32,000 nt of DNA. Origin: Mycobacterium tuberculosis H37Rv. Lineage in GTDB: Bacteria > Actinomycetota > Actinomycetes > Mycobacteriales > Mycobacteriaceae. Where the stretch lies: contig NC_000962.3 in the NCBI RefSeq assembly GCF_000195955.2, positions 2,340,001-2,372,000 of the forward strand, read 5' to 3'. The position numbers and the translations under genes are program-made. This document shows positions 1-9,333 of the stretch, one piece after another (position 1 is the first letter of the stretch; every line of letters begins with the position of its first letter). Below the pieces are notes generated by a model. The model was not told the origin of the DNA. It made no database searches and was given only the letters and a program-made list of their open reading frames with translations.

Positions 1-1
1 G

Positions 2-874
2 CGCCCACCGGTAACCACACCCCCTGCCACGCCACCCACCCCAACCGGACCCATCTCCGGTGCCGCGGTCACACCCTCCTCACCCGCAGCAGGCGGCTCA
101 CTAATGTCACCCGTCGTCAACAAATCCACCGCACCAGCCACCACCCAGGCCCAACCCAGCAACCCAACACCACCGCTAGCCAGCGCCACCGCGGCCGCCA
201 CCACCGGCGCCGCAGCCGGAGACACCTCCCGCCGAGCCGCCGAACAACAACGCCTACGCCGCATCCTCGACACCGTCGCCCGCCAAGAACCCGGATTATC
301 GTGGGCTGCCGGGCTACGCGACAACGGCCAAACCACCCTGCTGGTCACCGACCTCGCCAGCGGCTGGATCCCCCCACACATTCGCCTACCCGCCCACATC
401 ACCCTGCTCGAACCGGCCCCCCGACGCCGCCACGCCACCGTCACCGACCTACTGGGCACCACCACCGTAGCCGCGGCACACCACCCCCACGGCTACCTCA
501 GCCAACCCGACCCCGACACACCCGCACTCACCGGCGACCGCACAGCACGCATCGCACCCACAATCGACGAACTCGGACCCACCCTGGTCGAAACGGTACG
601 CCGCCACGACACACTGCCCCCCATCGCCCAAGCCGTAGTAGTGGCCGCCACCCGCAACTACGGCGTCCCCGACAACGAAACCGACCTCCTACACCACAAA
701 ACCACCGAGATCCACCAAGCCGTACTGACCACCTACCCCAACCACGACATCGCCACGGTGGTCGATTGGATGCTGTTGGCGGCGATCAACGCACTGATCG
801 CAGGCGACCAGTCGGGGGCGAACTATCACCTTGCCTGGGCGATCGCCGCGATATCAACGAGGAGATCCAGATGA
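2..874 (+). CDS. Rv2082: Conserved hypothetical protein, C-terminal ~290 codons; 5' end lies beyond the left window edge
   Basis: Frame 2 has no stop from nt 2 to TGA 872-874, so ORF-track 104..874 is only the Met-initiated part. The stop overlaps the next start (ATGA at 871-874). Locus tag assigned from recognised context. Confidence 0.7.
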   Translation, partial: RPPVTTPPATPPTPTGPISGAAVTPSSPAAGGSLMSPVVNKSTAPATTQAQPSNPTPPLASATAAATTGAAAGDTSRRAAEQQRLRRILDTVARQEPGLSWAAGLRDNGQTTLLVTDLASGWIPPHIRLPAHITLLEPAPRRRHATVTDLLGTTTVAAAHHPHGYLSQPDPDTPALTGDRTARIAPTIDELGPTLVETVRRHDTLPPIAQAVVVAATRNYGVPDNETDLLHHKTTEIHQAVLTTYPNHDIATVVDWMLLAAINALIAGDQSGANYHLAWAIAAISTRRSR

Positions 875-1815
875 CGTCAATCGAATCGCATCCCGAACAA
901 TATTGGGCGGCGGCCGGCAGGCCAGGGCCGGTGCCGCTGGCGCTGGGACCCGTTCATCCCGGTGGACCGACGCTGATCGACCTGCTGATGGCGCTGTTTG
1001 GCTTGTCCACGAACGCCGATCTGGGAGGCGCGAACGCCGACATCGAGGGAGATGACACCGATCGGCGGGCACATGCGGCCGATGCCGCGCGCAAGTTCTC
1101 GGCGAACGAGGCCAATGCGGCGGAGCAGATGCAGGGGGTGGGCGCGCAGGGAATGGCGCAGATGGCGTCAGGCATCGGCGGAGCGCTCAGCGGCGCGCTC
1201 GGCGGCGTCATGGGGCCGCTGACCCAGCTCCCGCAACAGGCGATGCAAGCCGGGCAGGGCGCCATGCAGCCGCTGATGAGTGCAATGCAACAGGCCCAAG
1301 GCGCTGACGGACTGGCGGCCGTGGACGGGGCGCGGCTGCTGGACAGCATCGGGGGCGAGCCCGGTCTTGGCAGCGGTGCAGGTGGCGGTGACGTCGGGGG
1401 CGGGGGCGCTGGCGGCACTACCCCCACCGGCTATCTGGGTCCACCACCCGTACCGACGTCGTCACCGCCGACGACTCCCGCGGGGGCACCGACCAAGTCG
1501 GCGACGATGCCCCCGCCCGGCGGCGCTTCACCTGCCTCAGCGCACATGGGTGCGGCCGGGATGCCGATGGTGCCGCCGGGCGCGATGGGCGCCCGGGGCG
1601 AAGGGAGCGGCCAAGAAAAGCCGGTCGAAAAGCGCCTGACCGCGCCTGCGGTCCCCAATGGCCAGCCGGTCAAGGGCCGCCTGACGGTGCCCCCGAGCGC
1701 ACCGACCACGAAACCCACCGACGGCAAGCCCGTAGTTCGCAGGCGCATCCTGCTGCCCGAGCACAAGGACTTCGGACGCATAGCTCCCGACGAGAAGACC
1801 GATGCCGGTGAGTGA
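871..1815 (+). CDS. Rv2083: Conserved hypothetical protein, 314 aa. Q/M/A/G-rich central region and Pro/Thr-rich C-terminus.
   Basis: ATG 871 ([12 protein letters not shown]...) lies 6 nt after GAGGAG (859-864). It is the downstream part of ORF-track 301..1815, whose upstream part overlaps Rv2082 out of frame. Confidence 0.7.
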
Positions 1816-2944
1816 CGATTCGTCGTCGGCGTTCGATCTGATTTGCGCCGAGATCGAACGCCAGTTGCGCGGCGGCGAGCTGCTCATGGATGCCGCAGCA
1901 GCATCCGAATTACTACTCACCGTGCGGTATCAGCTCGATACCCAGCCGCGGCCACTTGTCATCGTGCATGGACCGCTGTTTCAGGCCGTCAAAGCGGCCC
2001 GCGCACAGGTGTACGGACGCCTGATACAGCTGCGACACGCGCGCTGTGAGGTGCTCGATGAGCGATGGCAGCTACGGCCGACGGGTCAGCGCGATGTGCG
2101 CGCACTGCTGATCGATGTGCTGAACGTGTTGTTGGCGGCCATTACCGCCGCAGGCGTGGAACGGGCATACGCGTGCGCGGAGCGGCGGGCGATGGCCGCC
2201 GCGGTTGTCGCCAAGAATTACCGGGACGCGTTGGGTGTCGAGCTGCAGTGCAATTCCGTATGCCGAGCCGCCGCCGAGGCGATCCACGCGCTGGCGCACC
2301 GCACAGGGGCTACCGAGGATGCCGACTGCCTCCCGCCGGTTGATGTGATACACGCCGACGTTACTCGCCGCATGCATGGCGAGGTGGCGACCGACGTTGT
2401 CGCGGCCGGCGAACTGGTGATAGCGGCGCGACACTTGCTGGACCCCATGCCCAGGGGCGAGCTCAGTTACGGCCCACTCCACGAGGGGGGAAATGCGGCC
2501 CGTAAATCGGTCTATCGACGCCTGGTTCAGCTATGGCAAGCGCGCCGGGCTGTTACCGACGGTGACGTCGACCTGCGCGACGCTCGCACGCTGCTGACCG
2601 ATCTGGACAGCATTTTGCGTGAGATGCGCACGGCCGCAACCATTCAACAGAGCGGAACGGCGGGCGATGGCGGCGGCGGTCGTCGCCAAGATTCGCGGCG
2701 ACGCAATGGGCCTCGACGCCCAGCGCGACGCGGTACATCGCGCGGCCGCCGATGCGCTCCACGCGTTGCAATCGGTTGGCATACACCAATAGGCGACCCT
2801 TTGGCAGTTGAGGGTGTAGAGGAGATCGGCGCGTCGTTGCCGGGGCGGGAGTCGACGCCTTCCGATGATGGAGGTTCCCTACACCCATCAGGAAGACCTC
2901 GACGCGTCCATCGCCGCCGGTGGTGCGGGCTTGGCCTGTGCTGA
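1808..2944 (+). CDS. Rv2084: Conserved hypothetical protein with an internal ~159-codon tandem duplication. The annotated C-terminal ~97 codons look out of frame (see findings).
   Basis: ORF-track 1802..2944. Possible starts are GTG 1808 (378 aa) or ATG 1802 (380 aa); both overlap the Rv2083 stop (1813-1815). Confidence 0.6.
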
Positions 2945-3026
2945 CACATGACCGCTTTCCGCCGCCTTGATTGTTGACCGGCACTGGGTTTGGGGGCGGC
3001 CGCGTCACTGTAGGTGAGTATGGGAC

Positions 3027-3332
3027 GTGAGCGACATGTGCGACGTGGTGTCGTTCGTTGGCGCCGCCGAGCGTGTTCTGAGGGCGAGATTTCGGCCGAG
3101 CCCGGAATCTGGCCCCCCAGTTCACGCTCGGCGGTGCGGTTGGTCTCTGGGGATCAGCGCGGAGACGCTGCGCCGGTGGGCAGGTCAAGCCGAGGTCGAT
3201 AGCGGTGTGGTGGCCGGCGTGTCCGCCAGCAGAAGTGGGAGCGTAAAGACCAGCGAGCTTGAGCAAACCATCGAAATACTCAAGGTCGCAACGAGTTTCT
3301 TCGCGCGGAAGTGCGACCCGCGACACCGCTGA
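3027..3332 (+). pseudogene. Rv2085: IS3-family transposase OrfA fragment (101 aa)
   Basis: ORF-track 3027..3332. Its tail EILKVATSFFARK parallels the IS6110 OrfA tail AILKTASAFFAAE found in this same window. Confidence 0.7.
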
Positions 3333-3916
3333 TCTGTGCGTTCGGCGACAAGCACAAGCACACCTACGGGGTCACACCGATCTGTCGGGCACTGGCCGTG
3401 CACGGCGTGCAGATCGCCTCGCGCACCTATTTCGCGGATCGCGCGGCAGCGCCTTCGAAACGCGCACTGTGGGACACCACAATCACCGAAATCCTGGCCG
3501 GCTACTACGAACCCGACGCCGAGGGCAAACGCCCACCGGAATGCCTGTACGGCAGCCTGAAGATGTGGGCGCACCTGCAGCGCCAGGGCTTCCGGTGGCC
3601 CTCTGCCACGGTGAAGACGATCATGCGGGCCAACGGTTGGCGCGGAGTGCCCCTCGCAGCGCACATCACACACCACCGAACCAGACCCGGCCGCGGCCCA
3701 GGCCCTAGACCTGGCGGGTCGGCAATGGCGGGCTTTAGCAACGAACCTGCTGGAAGCGGCCGACTTCACCTACGCGCCGATGACGTGGAGTTCCGGCTAC
3801 ACCGCGTTCGTGGTCGACGCCTACGCCGGTGTGATCGCGGGCTGGGAATGCTCGCTGACCAAAGACGCAGCGTTCGTCGAACGCGCATTACGCCACGGCC
3901 TTCCAGACTCACCTAG
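3311..3916 (+). pseudogene. Rv2086: IS3-family transposase OrfB N-terminal fragment; reading frame lost after ~110 codons
   Basis: The first ~110 aa align in pattern with the IS6110 OrfB N-terminus (GV..IC..L...G..IA.STY..., ...KMW..L.R.G). The remainder is Arg/Pro-rich out-of-frame sequence. The DDE continuation appears in ORF 3780..4058. Confidence 0.6.
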
Positions 3917-3993
3917 GTCACCCGTTTGGCGGAGCTATTCATCATCGCGACGCCGGAAGTCAGTATACTGCAATATATTTCGGCAAGACACCG

Positions 3994-4224
3994 ATGCTAG
4001 CCGGGCTGCGGCCGTCGATAGGCATTGTTGGCGACGCCCTCGACAACGCCTTATGTGAAACCACGACAGGGCCCCACAGGACCGAATGCAGCCACGGCAG
4101 CCCGTTTCGTAGCGGGCCGATCCGCACCCTGGCTGACCTGGAAGACATCGCCTCGGCGTGGGTGGAGCACACCTGTCACACACAACAAGGTGTGCGAATA
4201 CCCGGGAGGCTTCAACCTGCGTAG
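3994..4224 (+). pseudogene. Rv2087: IS3-family transposase C-terminal fragment (76 aa)
   Basis: GIVGDALDNALCETTTG matches the conserved S.G...DNA..E block seen in IS6110 OrfB (SVGAVGSSYDNALAETING). Confidence 0.6.
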
Positions 4225-4410
4225 TGGGCGGAAGCGTTTCACGACGCGATCGGCTTAGCGTATGCGCGGGCCGATACCACGGGTGCACGCGATCACCTGG
4301 AACTGGTGAGTTGGCTATCGTGGTTTGGTGATTACTTGCGCTTGGGGGCTTGCCGACGGTTGCGCCGGGCGCAAGTGGGGTGCGGTTTTGCGGTTGATGG
4401 ATGGTAGCTG

Positions 4411-6180
4411 GTGGCCCACGAGTTGAGTGCGGGTTCGGTTTTTGCCGGGTACCGGATAGAGCGGATGCTAGGTGCCGGCGGAATGGGCACCGTATATCTG
4501 GCGCGTAATCCCGATCTGCCGCGTAGCGAAGCCTTGAAAGTCCTTGCTGCGGAGTTGTCGCGTGACCTCGATTTTCGGGCACGGTTTGTCCGCGAAGCCG
4601 ATGTGGCCGCGGGGTTGGATCATCCCAACATCGTGGCGGTTCATCAGCGCGGCCAGTTCGAGGGTCGGCTATGGATTGCGATGCAGTTCGTCGATGGCGG
4701 GAACGCTGAGGATGCGCTGCGGGCGGCGACCATGACCACAGCGCGGGCGGTGTACGTGATCGGCGAGGTCGCCAAGGCGCTCGACTATGCGCACCAACAA
4801 GGCGTGATACATCGCGATATCAAGCCGGCGAACTTCTTGTTGTCGCGAGCCGCTGGCGGCGATGAACGAGTGCTGCTAAGCGATTTTGGGATCGCGCGTG
4901 CGCTCGGCGACACGGGACTGACGTCCACCGGTTCGGTGCTGGCCACGTTGGCCTATGCTGCGCCGGAAGTTCTTGCAGGGCAAGGTTTTGATGGCCGGGC
5001 CGATTTGTATTCGTTGGGGTGTGCCCTATTTCGGCTCCTAACCGGTGAGGCGCCGTTTGCCGCCGGTGCTGGAGCGGCGGTGGCAGTGGTGGCGGGTCAT
5101 CTGCACCAACCGCCGCCGACGGTCAGCGATCGCGTGCCAGGGCTGTCGGCGGCGATGGATGCGGTGATCGCCACTGCGATGGCCAAGGATCCCATGCGTC
5201 GGTTCACCTCAGCGGGTGAATTCGCACATGCCGCCGCCGCAGCCCTGTACGGGGGAGCCACCGACGGATGGGTGCCGCCGAGCCCCGCGCCGCACGTCAT
5301 ATCGCAAGGCGCCGTGCCAGGTTCGCCGTGGTGGCAGCATCCGGTCGGGTCAGTGACCGCGTTGGCCACGCCGCCCGGTCACGGTTGGCCGCCAGGCCTG
5401 CCGCCGCTGCCGAGACGACCGCGCCGCTACCGTCGGGGCGTGGCGGCGGTGGCGGCCGTGATGGTGGTGGCCGCCGCGGCCGTCACCGCGGTGACCATGA
5501 CATCGCACCAACCGCGGACCGCGACGCCGCCAAGCGCTGCAGCCCTTTCTCCCACCTCGTCCAGCACAACACCACCGCAACCACCGATCGTGACAAGGTC
5601 GCGCCTACCCGGGTTGTTGCCGCCCCTTGATGACGTCAAAAACTTCGTGGGCATCCAGAACCTGGTCGCCCATGAGCCAATGCTTCAACCCCAGACTCCC
5701 AACGGGTCAATCAACCCCGCGGAGTGCTGGCCGGCGGTTGGGGGTGGCGTTCCTAGCGCCTACGACCTGGGGACCGTCATCGGCTTTTACGGGTTGACAA
5801 TCGACGAGCCGCCCACCGGGACTGCCCCAAATCAAGTGGGGCAACTGATCGTGGCCTTTCGCGACGCGGCCACAGCCCAAAGGCATTTGGCCGATTTGGC
5901 GTCGATCTGGCGCCGATGCGGGGGTCGAACCGTAACACTCTTCCGTAGTGAGTGGCGAAGGCCCGTTGAACTGTCGACGAGCGTTCCCGAAGTCGTTGAT
6001 GGCATCACCACCATGGTGTTGACGGCGCAGGGACCGGTGCTACGAGTCCGCGAAGACCATGCGATCGCCGCGAAGAATAATGTGCTTGTCGATGTCGACA
6101 TCATGACGCCCGACACCAGCCGCGGCCAGCAGGCGGTCATCGGCATCACCAACTACATCCTCGCCAAGATACCCGGCTGA
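4411..6180 (+). CDS. pknJ: Transmembrane Ser/Thr protein kinase PknJ (589 aa)
   Basis: Hanks kinase motifs [28 protein letters not shown] and APE. Single TM segment [24 protein letters not shown] start at 4411. Confidence 0.95.
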
Positions 6181-6196
6181 GCGCGACACCATTGGC

Positions 6197-7324
6197 CTAG
6201 GACACCGGCACCACGATCAACTCGTGCGGGCAGTTGTTGACAGACACAGCACCGTCCTCGGTCACGATCACGATGTCCTCGATGCGGGCGCCCCACCGGC
6301 CCGGGAAATAGATTCCCGGCTCGATGGAAAACGCCATGCCGGGAACCAACACCAGGTCATTGCCGGCGACGATATAGGGCTCCTCGTGCACGCACAGCCC
6401 GATGCCGTGCCCGGTGCGGTGCACAAAATACTCCGCGAGCCCGGCCTCGGCGAGCACGTCACGCGCGGCGGCGTCCACCTGCTCCGCTGTCACCCCTGGG
6501 CGGATGGCCTCGAACGCCGCCCGCTGGGCTCGCTGCAACATCGAATATGACTGCGCTACATCAGAATCAGGCTCGCCGATGCTGTAGGTTCGGGTGGAGT
6601 CGGAGTGGTATCCAGGCCCATACGTGCCGCCGATGTCGACGACAACGATGTCACCCTCCCGCAATTCGCGGTCCGAATATCCGTGATGCGGGTCGGCGCC
6701 GTGCGGCCCGGAACCCACGATGACGAACGCTACCTCCGAATGCCCTTCGGCGACAATTGCTTCGGCGATGTCGGCGGCTACGTCGGCTTCCGTTCGGCCC
6801 GGGACCAGAAACTCCGGCACTCGGGCATGCACTCGATCGATCGCCGCGCCGGCCTTACGCAGCGCGTCGATCTCGGTTTCCTCCTTGACCATCCGCAGCC
6901 TGCGCAGCACGTCGGTGGCCAATACCGGCAGCACACCCAGTGCGTCGGCCAGCGGCAACATGTGCAACGCCGGCATGGAATCGGTGACCGCGGTCGCTAC
7001 CGGAGCTCCGCCCAACACGGCACTCACCAACCCGTAGGGGTCGTCACCGTCGACCCAATCGCACACGCGCAGACCCAATTCCGCTGCGGCGGATTGCTTG
7101 AGGGCGGCGAGCTCCAGCCGCGGCAGCACAACCGCCGGCGCACCGGCGGCCGGCAACACCAACGCGGTGAGCCGCTCGAACGTCTCCGCTCGCGACCCGA
7201 TGAGGTAACACAGGTCGTAGCCGGGAGTTATCACCAGACCCGCCAGACCGGCGTCCGCCGTCGCGGCCGCCGCTAAAGCCAGCCGCCGTGCATAAACCTC
7301 GGCGTCGAATCGGCGAGAACCCAT
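6197..7324 (-). CDS. pepE: M24B Xaa-Pro dipeptidase PepE (375 aa)
   Basis: The 461-aa ORF-track ORF is trimmed to ATG 7324 ([11 protein letters not shown]...). Metal-site motifs [15 protein letters not shown] and SIEPGIY are present. The extra upstream codons are read-through of the VNTR. Confidence 0.9.
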   Translation of the reverse strand: MGSRRFDAEVYARRLALAAAATADAGLAGLVITPGYDLCYLIGSRAETFERLTALVLPAAGAPAVVLPRLELAALKQSAAAELGLRVCDWVDGDDPYGLVSAVLGGAPVATAVTDSMPALHMLPLADALGVLPVLATDVLRRLRMVKEETEIDALRKAGAAIDRVHARVPEFLVPGRTEADVAADIAEAIVAEGHSEVAFVIVGSGPHGADPHHGYSDRELREGDIVVVDIGGTYGPGYHSDSTRTYSIGEPDSDVAQSYSMLQRAQRAAFEAIRPGVTAEQVDAAARDVLAEAGLAEYFVHRTGHGIGLCVHEEPYIVAGNDLVLVPGMAFSIEPGIYFPGRWGARIEDIVIVTEDGAVSVNNCPHELIVVPVS

Positions 7325-7372
7325 GTCAGCCAGGTTAACCGCGCGTTCGCGAGCGCTGGCAAGATAGCCCGC

Positions 7373-8554
7373 ATGCCCGCACCCGATCCGATGCGTGGCG
7401 ACCCGCCGCACCCGGCTCCGCCGCGCTTGCGATCGCCACTGGACCCAACAAGTGGCGACCCGCTGCACCCGGCTCCGCCGCGCTTGCGATCGCCACTGGA
7501 CCCAACAAGTGGCGACCCGCTGCACCCGGCTCCGCCGCGCTTGCGATCGCCACTGGACCCAACAAGTGGCGACCCGCTGCACCCGGCTCCGCCGCGCTTG
7601 CGATCGCCACTGGTGCTACTGGACGGCGCCAGCATGTGGTTCCGCTCGTTCTTCGGTGTGCCATCATCGATCACCGCTCCGGATGGCCGGCCGGTCAACG
7701 CCGTACGCGGCTTCATCGACTCCATGGCGGTGGTGATCACACAGCAGCGGCCAAACCGGCTGGCGGTCTGCCTCGACTTGGATTGGCGCCCGCAGTTCCG
7801 GGTGGACCTGATCCCGTCATACAAGGCACACCGGGTGGCTGAGCCTGAGCCCAACGGCCAGCCCGACGTCGAGGAGGTGCCCGACGAGCTGACCCCGCAG
7901 GTCGACATGATCATGGAGTTACTGGACGCGTTCGGGATCGCGATGGCAGGCGCCCCGGGATTCGAAGCCGACGACGTGCTGGGCACGCTGGCAACCCGGG
8001 AGCGCCGCGACCCGGTAATCGTGGTCAGCGGAGACCGCGACCTGCTGCAAGTGGTCGCCGACGATCCGGTCCCGGTCCGGGTGCTCTACCTGGGCCGCGG
8101 CCTTGCCAAGGCCACCTTGTTCGGACCGGCCGAGGTCGCCGAGCGCTACGGGTTGCCGGCACATCGCGCCGGCGCGGCCTACGCCGAACTCGCGCTGCTG
8201 CGTGGCGATCCGTCCGACGGCCTACCCGGCGTGCCAGGCGTCGGCGAGAAGACCGCCGCTACCCTACTGGCCCGACACGGCTCGCTAGATCAGATCATGG
8301 CGGCCGCCGACGACCGCAAGACCACGATGGCCAAGGGCCTACGTACCAAACTGCTTGCCGCGTCGGCCTACATCAAGGCCGCCGACCGGGTGGTGCGGGT
8401 CGCCACCGACGCACCGGTCACGCTGTCGACACCCACCGACAGGTTCCCGCTGGTCGCAGCTGACCCGGAGCGCACCGCCGAGCTGGCGACCCGATTCGGG
8501 GTTGAATCCTCGATCGCGCGACTACAAAAAGCGCTCGACACGCTGCCCGGATGA
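7373..8554 (+). CDS. Rv2090: 5'-3' exonuclease / flap endonuclease (Pol I N-terminal domain-like), 393 aa as the longest ORF; true start uncertain
   Basis: Conserved domain starts at [14 protein letters not shown] (about nt 7616), followed by [15 protein letters not shown] and the H3TH motif [14 protein letters not shown]. Codons 8-80 are the VNTR. In-frame GTG 7613 is an alternative start. Confidence 0.85.
   Translation: MPAPDPMRGDPPHPAPPRLRSPLDPTSGDPLHPAPPRLRSPLDPTSGDPLHPAPPRLRSPLDPTSGDPLHPAPPRLRSPLVLLDGASMWFRSFFGVPSSITAPDGRPVNAVRGFIDSMAVVITQQRPNRLAVCLDLDWRPQFRVDLIPSYKAHRVAEPEPNGQPDVEEVPDELTPQVDMIMELLDAFGIAMAGAPGFEADDVLGTLATRERRDPVIVVSGDRDLLQVVADDPVPVRVLYLGRGLAKATLFGPAEVAERYGLPAHRAGAAYAELALLRGDPSDGLPGVPGVGEKTAATLLARHGSLDQIMAAADDRKTTMAKGLRTKLLAASAYIKAADRVVRVATDAPVTLSTPTDRFPLVAADPERTAELATRFGVESSIARLQKALDTLPG
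7395..7613. repeat. 57-bp tandem repeat, 3 full copies plus a 48-bp partial copy; position and unit size match my memory of the typing locus VNTR-2347 / Mtub29
   Basis: Unit GTGGCGACCCGCTGCACCCGGCTCCGCCGCGCTTGCGATCGCCACTGGACCCAACAA starts at 7395, 7452, 7509 and 7566. Copy 1 differs by one base (GCC vs GCT). It lies in the divergent pepE/Rv2090 interval. Confidence 0.95.
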
Positions 8555-8557
8555 CGA

Positions 8558-9292
8558 TTACTGTGGCCGGCCGACCTCGTAGGTGCCCTTGTTGTCCTGG
8601 AAGGTCACGGTCACGCGCTTTGAGGTGCCGTCGATGCTCACCGTGCATTCGAAGGTGGCGCCCTTTTTGACCGTGGGGTCTGAACCGTTGTTGCACTTGA
8701 CGTCTTTGACGTTCTTGGCGCCGTACCCCGTGGTCTCATCGGTGAGAACCTGCTGCACACCGGCCTGCGCCTTAATGACGTCCAGCTTGGTGGTGACGAA
8801 GAATCCGGGTGCCCAGAAGCCGAGTATTAGAACCGCGCCGATGAACAGCACGGCCATCACGGCGATCACGCCGCCGATCACCGCAACCGAACGCTTCGAC
8901 CCCTGACCCGACTGGCCATACGGGCCGTATTGCCCGGGGTACTGACCGGGCGGTGCGTACTGGCCGGGCTGGCCGTACTGTCCCGGCTGGCCATATTGGC
9001 CCGGCTGCTGGTATTGGCCGTACTGACCGGGCACGCCGAGCTGGGTGGGCTGTGCACCGAACTGTTCGGGCTGCGCATAGCCGGGTGTGGGCTGCGGGTA
9101 CTGCTGCGGGTACGCCGGGTCAGCCGGCTGTTGGTACTGCGGTGTGTACGCCGGGGCCTGCCACGTCGCCTCCTGGGTCGGCTGCTGCTGCCAGGGATAT
9201 CCCGCGGCCACGGTGGGGTCCGAGGAATGGTCGGCGCCCTGGCCGGGCGGCTGCCACGGCTGCCTTGGGTCCGATCCCTGCGGTCCGCTCAT
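8558..9292 (-). CDS. Rv2091c: Membrane protein: disordered P/Q/Y/G-rich N-terminus, one TM helix, small beta-rich C-terminal domain (resembles DUF4333-type)
   Basis: 244-aa ORF. GAGGAG lies upstream of ATG 9292. TM segment [25 protein letters not shown]. Convergent with Rv2090 with a 3-nt gap. Confidence 0.85.
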
Positions 9293-9333
9293 CGCTTCTC
9301 CTCAGTCTGTGTTAACCGTAACTCTGGCCCAGC

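Larger units (their letters stand above)
3027..4260 (+). mobile_element. Decayed IS3-family insertion sequence. orfA/orfB are broken by several frameshifts and the ends are not definable.
   Basis: Transposase-like pieces occur in three frames. An OrfA-like HTH and leucine-zipper tail: GISAETLRRWAGQAEVD...LEQTIEILKVATSFFA. An OrfB N-terminus: YGVTPICRALAVHGVQIASRTYF...LKMWAHLQRQG. A DDE-region piece: FVVDAYAGVIAGWECS. A C-terminal piece: SIGIVGDALDNALCET. Confidence 0.75.

Noticed and set aside
301-1815. 504-aa ORF with an Arg/Pro/His-rich N-terminal half
   Set aside because: Only the part from ATG 871 (Rv2083) looks real. The upstream 190 codons overlap Rv2082 out of frame and stay open only because the region is almost free of T, so stop codons cannot form.
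2553-4582. Minus-strand ORFs 2553..3326 (257 aa), 3185..3769 (194 aa) and 3935..4582 (215 aa)
   Set aside because: They are antisense to Rv2084 and the IS3 relic, with no recognisable motifs. The transposase similarity is all on the + strand.
6197-7582. 461-aa extended version of pepE
   Set aside because: The extra 86 codons are read-through of the 57-bp VNTR ([19 protein letters not shown] repeats). The peptidase homology begins at ATG 7324.
7395-7613. Regularly spaced repeats that might be a CRISPR array
   Set aside because: The 57-bp units are directly adjacent with no unique spacers. This is a tandem VNTR, not repeat-spacer architecture, and no cas genes are nearby.
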